Source of the DNA: Callorhinchus milii
Lineage: Eukaryota
Reading direction: 5' to 3'
Length of the DNA stretch: 64,000 nucleotides
Assembly: GCF_018977255.1 (NCBI RefSeq)
Contig: NW_024704743.1
Coordinates: 3,908,001-3,972,000, forward strand
A program made the position numbers and the translations under genes. Positions 50,372 through 62,885 of the stretch are shown piece after piece. The notes beneath the pieces were generated by a model. The model was given only the letters and a program-made list of their open reading frames with translations, was not told the DNA's origin and made no database searches. Numbering within the stretch: position 1 is the stretch's first letter; the number at the start of each line of letters is the position of its first letter.

Positions 50372-50670
50372 TAATAATAATAATCCTTGCATTTGGTATA
50401 GGGTGTTGAGAACGTCTCAAAGCGCTTCACAGAATATACTGTAAAATGTGTATTTGGTGGGTGATACTCAGCCCCCAATTGTGCTCATTGGTGACCCACA
50501 AACAGTCGTGGATTGAGTGACCAAAATATTTCAGTGGGAGGGAGTATTACACCCGGAAAGTGATCTTCCAATGGTTTCCTACTTACTGCGAGGCAAACAA
50601 AGGCATGTGGAATAAGGCAATTTGCCTAAGGTTTTGCCCTGACCTGGAAATCGAACCCAGGTCCTCTCGC
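50372..50670 (-). mobile_element. Diverged SINE, long subfamily
   Basis: Reverse-complement tail, core and module. Confidence 0.8.
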
Positions 50671-51299
50671 CTTACTCCTTTCCTCACCAAACACTTAGGG
50701 CGAGTGTGGCACCACCTAAAGCTGATTTGGGGCAGGCTGTCAGACAGCACTCACCGTCCGAGAGTATCCCCCAACAGGTCACACGCTGGAGGAGAAGGGG
50801 AAAGTGCAGAGACCAGTCTGGTTGTGTGAAGCGGCAAAAATCACCAGTGGTTTCGATGGCACAGGAGCCGAGGACTCTTGACCATTTGCAGCAAAAACTT
50901 GGTGGCAAAGAGGGAACACTGCAGGTGCAGGTTTTTAAAAAAAAATGGTTTATTTGAACCTCGGGGGGTGGGGTGGGGGGAAAACGATCTGTTTAAGCGC
51001 AAAATATTTAGACTCATTTTCAGGCAATAAGTAAGTGCTAACTGATTACAGGAACCGTTGCCTCGGTCCAGAAAAGGATATCAATGCTAAACGGTTGCGT
51101 AGATACAGTTTAAAGCAACAACAACGATGAAAAAAAACAGAGCCCAACATCCCATTGACAGCATTGCTTCCAACAGGACGAACCTAAAGCTTTGCCCGGG
51201 ATTGGTGTTTGCTGGCGGAAAGCTTTTATTCCCTACAGTACCATTCTTCCCCCTTCAGGTCTTGGGCATCCATCAGCCTAATGGGAGCTGAGTTTGCAA

Positions 51300-51560
51300 G
51301 TGACAGAGGGGCAGGTGCTGTTGATGTCACAGCGAACAGGCAGTGATGATTGGATCTAATTATAATTTGCAGCAGCAAATAGACAAGCTCTTTGCATGAT
51401 TGGCTTCAAAGTGGATGGTGCCAAAAAAAAAACTCACAGAAGAACAGAAAGTGGGATTGTGCATTCAAAGCCTGTTAGAACAGGCTGGAGGTTGCAGCTC
51501 AGTGAAAGCTGTCTGAAGACTGCCTTTAAATCAGCTTTAGTCAGTGCCACCTCACTCTTG
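51300..51560 (+). promoter_or_regulatory. Candidate adarb2 core/proximal promoter
   Basis: TTTAAA (51525-51530) lies 29 nt upstream of the A (51554) of an Inr-matching TCACTCT. There are reverse CCAAT boxes at 51349 and 51399, a CRE-like TGATGTCA at 51322, and an E-box CAGGTG at 51312. The region is repeat-free. Confidence 0.5.
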
Positions 51561-51568
51561 AGTGTTTA

Positions 51569-51622
51569 ATGAGCGAAAGGGTAGCTCGGAGCGCAGCGAC
51601 AGAGAAAGGTTTTCCAGACTAA
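51569..51622 (+). other. Upstream ORF (17 aa, MSERVARSAATEKGFPD) in the putative adarb2 5' UTR
   Basis: This is the only ATG between the putative TSS and the main ATG. It has a weak context (tttaATGa) and is out of frame. The call depends on the TSS inference. Confidence 0.4.
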
Positions 51623-51842
51623 GAGGGAGAGGCAAGAGGCAGAAAGATAAAGTGGGGACGCACCGCGCAGGGGCGAACGTACTCGAGGCGGGAGGGGAGA
51701 GGACGAGAGAAAAGGGAAGAGGATAGTGAAGGGAGGAAGGGAAAATACGAGGGGAAACAAATTTTTTTTCAAAAAGAAAAGTGGAGTGGCACAGAGAAAG
51801 GAGAAGGCGCTCCGAAGCACTGTGTTTCGCAAAACTGCAGCG

Positions 51843-51942
51843 ATGGCATCGGTGCTGGTGAGCAACAGAGCATCGGGAGCTCCAGGCAGCCTGCTTAAAT
51901 GCAAGTTCAAAAGGAGGAGAAGGCGCAGATGCAAAAGGAAAG
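51843..51942 (+). CDS. adarb2: ADAR3 (dsRNA-specific editase B2), first coding exon encoding the arginine-rich R-domain; the gene continues beyond the window
   Basis: Translates to MASVLVSNRASGAPGSLLKCKFKRRRRRRCKRK plus 1 nt, colinear with the recalled human ADAR3 N-terminus [34 protein letters not shown]. It has a strong Kozak context (gcgATGG), an in-frame upstream TAA at 51648, and a phase-1 donor AAG|GTAAGA at 51943. Confidence 0.92.
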
Positions 51943-52819
51943 GTAAGATGTGTGTTGTTTTTCCCCCCCACCCCCCTGACGTTTCGGGGCGAGAGAGAGA
52001 GAGAGAAAGCGTGCCGTTTCAGAGCTGGGCTATTTAAGCCAGCAGACTTGAGTGAGCCCTGTCACTGATGCCACATTACTATCTGGCGGAGATAATGATA
52101 TATTCCGGGCAGTCGCTTAGATAAAGTGTAATTGGTGAATAATTGAAGAGAGCAGTGTTTATCCACTGACTGATTGTCAGCCCAAGACCAGTGAGTTTCA
52201 CGGTTCCAGGGGATAGTGGACTGAGAATAAAGTGGATGCTTTTAGACGAGGTATTTGTCTGCTCCCCGATGCTAAGCGGAATCGCACGTTATTGTTTAGT
52301 GCTACCAGCAAGCACTTGAGAACAATCTGATCGTGTGAGGGTACTAAATAAATCAGGTTTTATTTGCTGGGAGAAACTATTCCTGTCTGTGTTCATTGTT
52401 CCTGTGCAGTGACAGTTAATGTTTATGTGTCTTGGCTGTGCCCTGTACAGTTGTAAAACTAAAGTTGACAGTTGGCTTTTTTATATATATATATTGTATG
52501 TATGTGTGTCTGTCTGTGTATTGGTCATGTCAAAATCATCGCAGCGCATTTGGTTCTGAGGCGAAATAATGCAAAATCAGTTGTTTCTTCTTTATTTTTT
52601 TTTTTGCAAATGTTAACACGAGCAAAGATGACCGGTGTATAAGGGAGGGTGTTGTGGTTTCGTGTAGCAATCTTGTACCGGGGAGGGGGGGGGGGCGGAG
52701 GGGCGGATTACAGTCGAAGGAGAGTATGAGCATTCCACCCACTAACCAACCGCAGACACGGTCAAATCTGCCCGCAAAAGGCATCGCTGGCGGATTGTGA
52801 CGAGGGCTGAAACGTTAGC

Positions 52820-53265
52820 AAAAGGTTGTGGATTCGAACCGCACATTGGGCTTTGAGCTCATAATCCAAGCTACCTCGCTAGGCAGTACAGTGGAGGAGA
52901 GCTATGGTGTCAGACATGCCGTGGTTTTGTTTCGGATGAGACGTTAAACCCAGGTCTGGTCTGCCTGTTCAGGTAGAACATTAAAGATCCCACGGCGCTG
53001 TTTGAAAAAGAGCAGGGAGTTTCTCCCGATATCCTAGCCGGCCATTCTCCCCCCCCCCCCCACTCCACCCCTCCGCTGGCCGTTCACCTCCTGTGAGACA
53101 TTCATGGCTGCCGTCTGCGCCTACGAGCGCAGTCACTACGCTCCGCCAAAAGCCGTGAGCTGCTTCGAACCCACGCAGTCCATTCACCTCACAGCGTATG
53201 TTTCCGTGAAGCGCTTTGAGACGACTCGACTTGCCGATAAGGCGCTATATCAAATGCAAGGATTC
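52820..53265 (+). mobile_element. SacSINE1-like DeuSINE (intronic)
   Basis: Body ttcggatgagacgttaaacccaggtctggtctgcctgttcagg...ttaaagatcccacggcgctgtttgaa, with a tail ending ~53265. Confidence 0.8.
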
Positions 53266-53776
53266 TCAATGTTGTTTTGACGAGGCGCTGTTTTATAAAA
53301 CAAAAAGTCCCTAAATTGCTGTTAAAGCGCCCCAAATAAGTGGAAAAATATAAGGCAAATATTTTAAGAAACTATAAGCTGAAATTGATTCTCTTACCTT
53401 TTATGCACTGAAATTCCCGTGGAGGATTGGAAGGTGAAAATAGTCACGAAGGCTGGTCCTTTTCACAGTCGGCGAGGAAATGGGCAACCGATTCTGCTAA
53501 TAAAGCAGATCTGACCGAAACCCAACAACTTCAGCAGCTATTCACAATCTGTCGATTTAGAGAGAGAAAAAAAATTAGTTTCGGCTCCTAAATCTTTGCT
53601 TTTAATACTTTTTTTTAAAAAAAAACATTTTTTTTAGAAAAAAAAAGACATTTCAAACACTGTTTGACATCAACTTAAAACAAAAAAGTATTGTGGAAAA
53701 CCCCAAATCCCTCAAACTGAACGTTTCGTTGCTTTTTTTTAAAAATGAACAGTTCGAAGCGGTAAGATCTGTTTTA

Positions 53777-53880
53777 TAATCCTTGCGTTTGATATAGCGC
53801 TTTTCACGTCGGGAGGGCATCCCAAAGCGCTTCACAGAACACACTGTAAAGTGAATTGACTGTATATTTGTGGGCGAACG
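53777..53880 (-). mobile_element. SINE 3' fragment, short subfamily (intronic)
   Basis: Reverse-complement tail gcgcttttcacgtcgggagggcatcccaaagcgc. Confidence 0.88.
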
Positions 53881-55141
53881 TTAAGAACAAGTAAAGATGG
53901 AAAGTGTTTTACCCTTTTGTTTGGAGATGGTGAACACACCCTGTGTTAAGATAACCCTTCAAACATCACCTGGACGCACAAGTCTGGTGCGAATGCAACC
54001 TGAGCAGAGCTGAAGTACTTTCAACCCCACAGTGGAGGGGAACATAGACATTTTTCCATCCCCTTAAAAATCTCTGATCGCAAAAAAAAAAAAACTGTGA
54101 ATTACCAACACCCACATCTTGACAATTCCTGGATCCAGACAAAAAATGTCTCCCTACTCTCTCTCTTTCTCTCTCTCTCTGTCTCTCTCTCAAAAAAAAA
54201 TCAGTTTTCAGACCTGCAGGGAACTAACAATAAATTGTGATGCTCAAACCATATCTCTTCTGAACCACTATTTTAGAGACTTGTCATCAAAAGAAAGAGG
54301 GAGGGAGACAGAGACAGAGAGAGAGAGAAAGGGAGAGAGTCGAATGGAGATGTATTCTGGCATGTTTGTATCACACAGTGTGTTTTTTTAAAAAAAATCT
54401 AAATTGCCAAGAACCCTTTAAAAACCTGCAATGTTTTATTCTGGGAAATAATAACTAATTGCCCTTTATTGCCATATAAATGTATGTAAATGTATCAGGT
54501 AGAATTATATAATAAATGTATAATACAACCCTATCATTATATAGAATCACATATCTAAATAGGTACAATTATATAAATATAATGAATAATAAGAGATCAA
54601 TATATAATAATATAAATATGTATTATAATGATATAAAGATAATATATAATAATCTAGATTTGCTGGATAGTTTTTAAATCGTTTTTTTTTGATAGGCAAA
54701 GCTTCTGAAATGAAAACTTCACCTTCAGAGGAGCTGAATTGATAAGGGATTGATAACAGTCCAGACAGGATTTGTTCCTCTTTATTGACGCTTATTATTA
54801 TTATTATCTCTTTCTCGATGTGAAAAAAAATTAATGATCAGTGAGAGCTAAAGGACCGAGGGAGGAAAGGAGTGAAATACAGTGAGAAAGTAAGTAACCT
54901 TTGCGAATTGGCTCCAGGGCAGAGCAAAAGCAAATACACTGGAGAGGATAACTGAAGAGGACAATGTGTGGCATAGACCAGACCAGAGGACAGGGCAGTG
55001 GGGAGAAGGACACAGAAGTGGGTTGGGGTGGTGGGGAAAACATAAGATCTAATCTCCAGGAATTAGAGTTAAAACAGGTTACAAAATTGCACACAACCTG
55101 AGCAAACCGAAAGGAGCTCGAATGAGGAAAATCAGGAGTAT

Positions 55142-55189
55142 GGTGTGTATATATTTATATAGGTGTGTGTGTGTATATATGTGTGTGTG

Positions 55190-55236
<47 letters not shown>

Positions 55237-55525
55237 GTGTGTGATTATCTATATTACAGGTGTGTGTATATAAATATATTTGTGTGTGTGCATCTATATA
55301 TGTGTGTGTATATGTGTATATATACATAAAAATATGTATGTGTGTGTATATAATATATAAGTATGTGTGTGTGTGTATATGTGTGTGTGTATATATGTAT
55401 GTATATATAAATATGTGTGTATATAAGTATGTGTGAGTGTATACATATATATATGTGTGTGTGTGTGTGTATCTGTACGTGTGTGTGTATATATATATAT
55501 GTGTGTGTGTGTATATACACATACA
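55142..55525. repeat. Compound (TG)n/(TA)n low-complexity array
   Basis: Read directly; ~380 bp of largely alternating purine-pyrimidine sequence. Confidence 0.95.
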
Positions 55526-55796
55526 AGAATACAGTTTAGTTGTGGACAAAAGATTGACCCATTGTGTGAGCTGGAGCTCAGTCAGTCAGTCACTGCCTGC
55601 AATGCCAAAGTAATAAATAAGCAGGTCTCATTTCCAACAGGGTCCAGGGATATACACACACACTGAGCAACACCAACCAGGCTCCTGGCTTGACGTTTAG
55701 TCCTGTCTCTCCTTCCTCTACACCCCACCAACCCCTTACACCCACCCCCAGCCCTCATAGTACACCAAGAGCAAGAGTGGATGTGATGGGGGTAAA

Positions 55797-55830
<34 letters not shown>

Positions 55831-57639
55831 TCAATCAAATTTAGGTGTAATTCCTCACCTCTTTTAAGGTTCCAGTTGTGTGTGTGTGTGTTTTTTTTCC
55901 AGCAATCCATGTAATGTCAGTCACTGTAGATTGCATTGGGAGCATCAGTAGGTGATGAGTGAACTCCTCTAAACAGGGAATAAAACTGCTGCCTCTATAC
56001 ACACAGATAAACAGACAGACACACACATGGACAAAGCCAGCAACCTCTATCCATCTTCCAGGTCTTACCTTGGAAGATGCTGCTTTGTTGTGCGCCCAGG
56101 TTGTGTGTTAGTGGATCAGGTATCTGTACGCACACACACAAACACACACAAAAAAACACCCCAAATTCTTCTAGGTAATCAACCCAGACCCTTGTGTGTG
56201 TTTAAAATAGCTGTCTGGTGGGCCCTAGAGGTACAGTATTTCTAGTTTCCTTTGATTGATTCCCGGCAGTTGATTTTACTGCTGTAAAAATACAGCTTTG
56301 GATTTTAATTGCTTGCAATAAAAGGGACTGGGTGAAAGCACTTAGTAAAACTCACTCTCTACACGCAGTGATGGCTTTTATGGGTTAACCCCTCAAGACA
56401 TGACATTCCTCAGATCATCTGGTGTGTATTTGTGTGTGGACATACATGACGTACACAGCTGAGATAATGTTAATTTAGTCAAAGACATAGGGAAGTTTTT
56501 TTCTCTCTCTCTCACACACTCCCTTTCTCTCTCCTCTCTCTCTGTCTCTCTCTCTAAATTATGGGATCTGCTTTCTAGAAAGTGTTCCCAGTGAAATGCT
56601 TAAGCTGGAATTCTCAGGATAAATCGAAAGCGGGAAATACTTTTTTTGTTGTTGCTGTTGTTTGTTCCACGATATAAACCTGTACGATTGGAAACCAACT
56701 CTTGTGGTATGAGTACAGAGTCATATGTCACTAGCCAAGCTGTTTATGCCTTTGAAACCTTCCTTTAAATACAGTATTTATGTCCAGACTTATCTTATTT
56801 CAATACAATTGTGTGTGTGTCTCTCTCTCTCTCTCTCTCTCCATATATGTTCAGAGGTACCAGTCAGAGATGAATGAGAGAAAAAAAGTACTAACTTTTG
56901 TATTTCTCTATAAAATATGACAAAGAAATTGAGTCTCAGTACTTTTAAGGGGAAACAATACAGATTTTAATACTAATATTAATAATACTTGCATTTGATA
57001 TAGCGCCTCTTTGAGATATCTCAAAGCACTTCACAGAATGCATTGTAAAGTGAATTGACTTCATATTTTGAGGGGGAGATTCTATTTCCTAGAACACAAG
57101 CTTAAAAACCTCTTTTTAACCAAAAGAACTCAGTGTTATTACAGTATCTCCTCAGTTTGTACCCTGAAGTGCTCTTGGAAGCCATAATTCTGTTTGATAT
57201 CTGATTTCATGTGAGATTTTTTTAAAAAGAAAAAGCTGCAGTATTTCAACCTTGCTGTAAGTTTGAGAACAAATAGTCTGCGGTAAATGTCTCAGGCTTC
57301 CCCATTCTCCTCCCTTTCCCCCCCCCCCACCCCCAAACACACATACACCTTCCCTTCTAACTCAGTTTCTTTCCCCCCCCCCTCCCAAATATGCAGTCAA
57401 TTCATCTTACAGTATATTCTGTGAAGCAGTTTGAGACATCTCATAGATGTGATAAGATGCTGCATGTTGTTTGTTCACCGACATGAATGTGTTGGGTTAA
57501 TGCAATTATTATTCTAGTTTGGGAAAATAAGCGACTAACAGTCATTAAAGGAAAGTCAGAAACAGTCGGCGAAAAGCCCTAGTTTCTTCTCTGTTGTTCT
57601 CTCCCGGCGCTTCTGAATCCATATTTATTGTTGTTATTA

Positions 57640-57770
57640 TTATTATTATAATAATAATCCTTGCATTTAATATAGCGCCTTATTACATTCTTCGAGACGT
57701 CTCTCAAAGCGTCCCAAACAAATATACTGTAAAGTGAATTGACTGTATTATTGTTGGGCCAAAATGTATA
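57640..57770 (-). mobile_element. SINE 3' fragment (intronic), facing a + fragment at 57385-57460
   Basis: Reverse-complement tail. Confidence 0.8.
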
Positions 57771-57959
57771 TGGAGGTGAGGGTGAGGAGGGGGGAAAGAG
57801 AGAGAGAATTGATTTAATTGGTGGGCGAATGGAGTGTGTGCGAGAGAGAGAGAGAGAGAGAGGGGGCTGGGGCTTAGGGAAAAGGAGAGGTGGGGAAAGG
57901 GGAGGGTGGGGGGGGGTGGTGACAGAAGATCAGTTGATCTGCCAGCATACTCTAGTGGT

Positions 57960-58100
57960 GGGACACCAGCCTTACAGCTCCACAGGGATTATTGCGACAG
58001 CCTGGTCTGGGCTGTGTTAGCAACTCTGGGCAACTCTGAGCAAGTGTGCTCACAGTGAGTTGCTTTCCTGGTGGGTTTGGAGGGAGCTGAGCGCCAGCCG
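57960..58100 (+). mobile_element. LF-SINE-like fragment
   Basis: cctggtctgggctgtgttagcaactct resembles the recalled LF-SINE cctggtctgtgctgagttagctgatct. Confidence 0.35.
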
Positions 58101-58504
58101 CCATTGGCTTTAGCCAAGGCATTTGATGGAAGGGATGAGGTGGGGCTCAGCCTTAGCCTTAACCCTAACCCCCTCCCTCCCTCCCTCTCCACGCGGAAGA
58201 CACAAAGCTCTCCAACCCAGCGAGCAACCACGGGGCTAAAAAGGGCGATGGTGACACCGGTCTCTGCGGTTTGAACAGACCGACTCTTCACGTCTGCCCC
58301 ACGCCTCGGAGCTTTTCGCGCCACTTGCTGTTGAGCGTAGTGACTGTGTTTCGTAGGCGATAGAAATGATCTTAATCTATGTAGTTTGTCCCAGTCGTTG
58401 CTGGAAATCTAGCCCTCGGGTAGGTTATAATCTAACGGGGTCAGAAAAAAAAATACAAGTCACTGGACTGTGTGTGCACTTTGTGTAAAATGCTGAATAT
58501 CTAT

Positions 58505-59095
58505 TATAATAATATTAATAATCCTTGCATTTGACACAGCGCCTTATCACGTCTTCGAGACGTCTCAAAGCGCTTCACAGAACATACTGTAAAGCGAATT
58601 GACTGTGTATTTTGTGGGCGTATATTTTATATCTCTGACTGCTTTTGACTTTCATTTCAATTCCTTGTGTGTGATTGGGGGGGGGGGATTTGGGGTGGGT
58701 GGGTGTGGGGAGGGCAATTGCTCCTGCACAGGAGCCCAGAGTTTCAGCACTGACTGACTGATTGACTGCCCAGGTGTGAAACTCAAGACGGAGCCTGACG
58801 TTAGCAACGTTTCCACCATTTATAAAGGGTGTTGCCTCCATGAACGACTGAGCTCACTCTCTCCTCTTCCCCGTCCCTCACGCACAGCAGCGTCCCACAA
58901 ACAGTCGCGGGGCTGAAGTGACTTTTTTTATTATTAACTGGTTAACAATAACTAGTCGTGGTTTGAAGTGACCAAAATCATTATTGTTTTCTTTTCGAGG
59001 GATTATTATCCCCGGGAAAAGTGATCTGCCAATCGACTCGCGACTGGCTTCCTACTTACTGCTCGGTAAGCAGAGGCGTGTGGAGTAAGGAAACT
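58505..59095 (-). mobile_element. SINE, long subfamily, in two pieces (58505-58620 and 58880-59095)
   Basis: The tail half and the core/module half are colinear and separated by ~260 nt of other sequence. Confidence 0.8.
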
Positions 59096-59693
59096 TTTTT
59101 TTATTGTTGACAGTAGGTAAATCTTGAAGTGTGATTTATAGATGGATAAAGTATGGGTGAGGCAGATGGATTGAGGCAGGTTAGGAGTGCAGCGGAAAGC
59201 ACGGCCTCCGAAAGCGATGGTGGGGTGGCGGGTGAGGGGGGGACGTGAAGTGTACCTGTGCCAGCTGAGCGAAGGGGACGGGTCAGAGGCGCGGGGTACA
59301 AAATAAAATAAGTGCGTCTCGGCACCTCATCGGATTTTCTGTTCAAAAACAAATGCAGTGACTGGATTTTGTTGGTGTATGTGACAGCCTCAATTTGCAC
59401 ACAGTAACGCCTCACAAATAACCGTGAAGTGAATCACTGACTGTACCTGCTGGATTGTTGGTCAGGACATAGGCAGAAACTTGTCCTTTTTTTTTACCCC
59501 CCCCCTCCCTAAGTTTGTGCCATGGGATCTTTAACCTCCACTTGCACAGGCAGGACCTTAGTTCAACATTTCATCTGAAGGACGGCACCTCTGACAATGC
59601 GATGCATTTCGTAGCGCGGTATCGGAGCATTCGTCTCTTAACAAAGTTAGTGTTTACCACCGCGACTTCCAGTAATAGCAACCTGGAAGGGTT

Positions 59694-59725
<32 letters not shown>

Positions 59726-60569
59726 CCCCCCAACCCCCCACCCTCCCCGTCTGAAATTAAGTGGTAAATGTGAAGGAAGAAAAGGTTCTCTTTGATGCAA
59801 CTTTATTGGTTTTAATGTGTGCGTTCTTCCACTGTGTACAGCAAACCACTTTCCGTAATCTATATATATATACATACATATAAAAGCGTGTATATTCTGC
59901 ACCTGATGAACATAAAATCTTCTTCCCAGATACCACCCGCATCGTACGCGTCAACCGAGCAAATTCCATGGCATCAGCGTGGGGTTCAGCTTGCTTGGCG
60001 GAGAGGTAGAGAGCGCGACAATATTGTTGCTTTAGCCGTATGTTTCTCCTCTCTCACGCTCCCCTTTTGCGGCCAGACAGATTTAGATGTTTAAATCGGC
60101 GTTTTTATTATTCGAGGGCAACTCGATTTGTTTGAAAGCATTGTCTGCTTATTGGAACGGTTTCCACAGCAGGTTGACTTGCTTTAGGATTAAGCAGAAA
60201 CGTTGTGTGATAAAATAATCTCCAGGAAACGCTGGGGATTAATATGATGGTTTGCAGTGGTTGTGGTGGGGTGGGTAAAATGGTCACCAGCTGTAAGAAG
60301 CAGATTTTGTTCGGATTTCGTTTCACTTTTACATTTGATTGGTTTCTTCACGCCTACCTTGGTCAGTCAACAGAAAACTCGCCCTAGACTTCGCAATGGA
60401 TCAAAATAAAATGGGGAAGGTGGGGGTGGGGGAGAGAGTAAAGAACTTAAATAATACAAAAATGGTTTTATTTTCACTTCCGATCCAAAGCGACAGACTT
60501 GCATCAGAAGAATAAGTGCCTTTATTCTGTATTACGTTGTACACTTCGTACAGAATACTAATGCAGAGT

Positions 60570-60690
60570 ATTTCGCCCACAAAATATACAGTCAATTCAC
60601 TTTACAGTATATTCTGTGAAGTGCTTCGAGACGCCTTGAAGCCGTGATAAGGCGCTATATCGAATGCAAGGATTATTATGATTATTATTA
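60570..60690 (+). mobile_element. SINE 3' fragment (intronic)
   Basis: tttcgcccacaaaatatacagtcaattcactttacag followed by the tail. Confidence 0.88.
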
Positions 60691-62059
60691 TGGATTTCCT
60701 CTTATGTAGCATTTCAGTATTTGTCAAATTCTTCAAACCCAGGCGTTTTAATTTGGGAGGAGGTTATCCAAAGGTTCTTTTGAGAAACTACAGGCGAGAA
60801 AGAGAAACGGGTTGCAAATTTTAAAACTGAACTCCACAATTTGCTGTGTTCTGCACACTCTTAAATATTATTTGGACTGTCTTCCCCATGTGTTATGTCT
60901 CTCTGTGTGTCACTCCCATCACCAGCTTTTCTCCGGTTGACCCGAAAGGGTCACTTGTCCAAAAAACGGAAGTTAAAACACCAACCTCGTGCTTAACGAA
61001 TGTTCCCTGCTCCCGTCTTATTTGCCACGTCTTTGGTCAATGCCGATCACACGAATAACTATCCCCGCATTTAACGCAGCGCCTTTCAGGTTGGGAGAAG
61101 ATCTCAAAACGCTAGGCAGGATTTTTGTGTGAAGTGTCGTGACTGTGTATTTCACAGGCAAAACAAATGATGTTAAAGCTCATATTAAAAAAAAATGTTT
61201 TTAAAACAAAATACAAAGATGTGCACTGAAACCAGAAATGGTTCGACGAGTTACAAGTGATTCTGTAATGTCTTTTTTTTTTCTTCCTTTTCCAAACGGT
61301 TAACGTAACTAAGAACAAATGAATCACTTGTTTTCTCACTGTACCGATAAGCTGTCCCAGGGACTAAGCAATCCAAGTGCCAATAGGATCGAGATTGAAA
61401 ATCGTTCCACCCCAACGCTGGTTATTTTCAAGCGTAATTTCTTACATGCGGTAAATCCTGGTGTAAATCGGACTTAGAATAAAGAATCGTATAATGCGAT
61501 CCACAGTTGCACTCCTCTTCAGTCACCCTCCCTCCTGCCACTACTTTTCCCACCCTCCGCCCATCCCGATCAGAACCACCAACTCGAGTGCGCATCTCTT
61601 GACTGTCCAGCGCCTCGGGACAGTCCTCCTGAAATGCAATGTGTTGTTGAAATCCCACTTTGTTTCCTCTGGGCATAACTCGGGGACAAGCGCACTCATT
61701 ATCCTATGGCTCACCATCGTGTATTCTTGCACTGCGCTCTTAAATCTACAGCCACCTTCGATGTAAAAGGGAGTTCAGTCAATACGATCCATACGAATAT
61801 AAAACTGCTTCCAGCGCAGCAGATTTGTGGGAGCTCAAGGCTCCCTTGCCTATTTCGTGTTAGTTCTTCCTTTATGAAGCACACTTTTTCTGATGCCTTG
61901 GTGCGGTTACATTTTTCATCGTAAAAGAGCAACAAGAGCCTTCAACTGAATACGTGCTAGTCCCGCGTAACATGGTTCTAAATTAAAATAGGATAAGGCC
62001 TCTTTTTTCTAAATAAAACAAACAACTGTAGCTTTTTCTCACATAGAAATGAAGATGTT

Positions 62060-62210
62060 TGACACTCAATCCACGGCTGTTTGTGGGACGCCGCTGGGCG
62101 CTTTTCGCTCACAGAATATACAGTCGATTCACTCTGCGGCGCGTGTGCGCTGTGAAGCGCTTTGAGACGTCTCGAAGACGCGATAAGGTGTTACGCAAAC
62201 GCGAGGTTTC
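62060..62210 (+). mobile_element. SINE 3' half with a strong AT-to-GC substitution bias
   Basis: Core and tail are recognisable; see the corresponding finding. Confidence 0.8.
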
Positions 62211-62851
62211 TGTATTATTTGCCTTTGTTTGCGGTTAAAACTTCACTGTTCCAGACCGACACGATTTTCGAAGGTTGAATTTTTTTTTTGGTTCCGCATT
62301 CATTTCTTTTAAACTTGGTACCGTTCAGTTTAATGTAAAAAAAAAGCCTCAGTTCTGTACAAAAAAAAAGATGAGTACATTTTGGTACCCTGTCAACTGA
62401 GGGTTAGTGCTGTCCTGGCATCTACAGATGGTGTCATTTTGACACCTGTCAAGTTCCACGGCTGTGTTGTGCAATGAATCGGCCTGGATGCAATTTCTCT
62501 GCACAGGATGATCCCTTAGTGTGTATTGAATATAGATATTTCATTTAAAACCGTGCATCGGAAGGGTTTACTTTTATTGCACAGTAAATAATGACTCCTC
62601 ACAGAGGTCAGAACGGCTGGAGATTAATACAGTTGAACAAAAAATTAAGCGCCTTATCATCTTTTTTTTTATATACTTAGTTTCTAAAACGCTTGGCAAA
62701 CGTGGAGCATAAGTCCTTCTGTGTAAACGTGTAGAAGCAACAGGAATTTGTGTGCGGTCCGTATTGGATTATATGTGAATTAGTTTCTTTTCGCTTGCGT
62801 TCTCCTGTATGTACAGAGAGTCGCAGGGATTAAAGGCAAGAGGCTTAGTGT

Positions 62852-62885
<34 letters not shown>

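Noticed and set aside
51726..52037. 103-aa ORF from the ORF track as a complete protein
   Set aside because: It uses a GTG start in the UTR and reads through the splice donor. Only 51843-51942 resembles ADAR3.
52119..52131. AG|ATAAAGTG-TAA, which would extend exon 1 as D-K-V like true exon 2
   Set aside because: A stop codon follows immediately and there is no polypyrimidine tract. Most likely a coincidence.
55079..55666. His/Thr/Tyr/Ile-rich ORFs
   Set aside because: These are translations of the (TG)/(TA) microsatellite.
58150..58172. Interstitial telomere-like ccttagccttaaccctaaccc
   Set aside because: There is only about one perfect unit, which is expected by chance.
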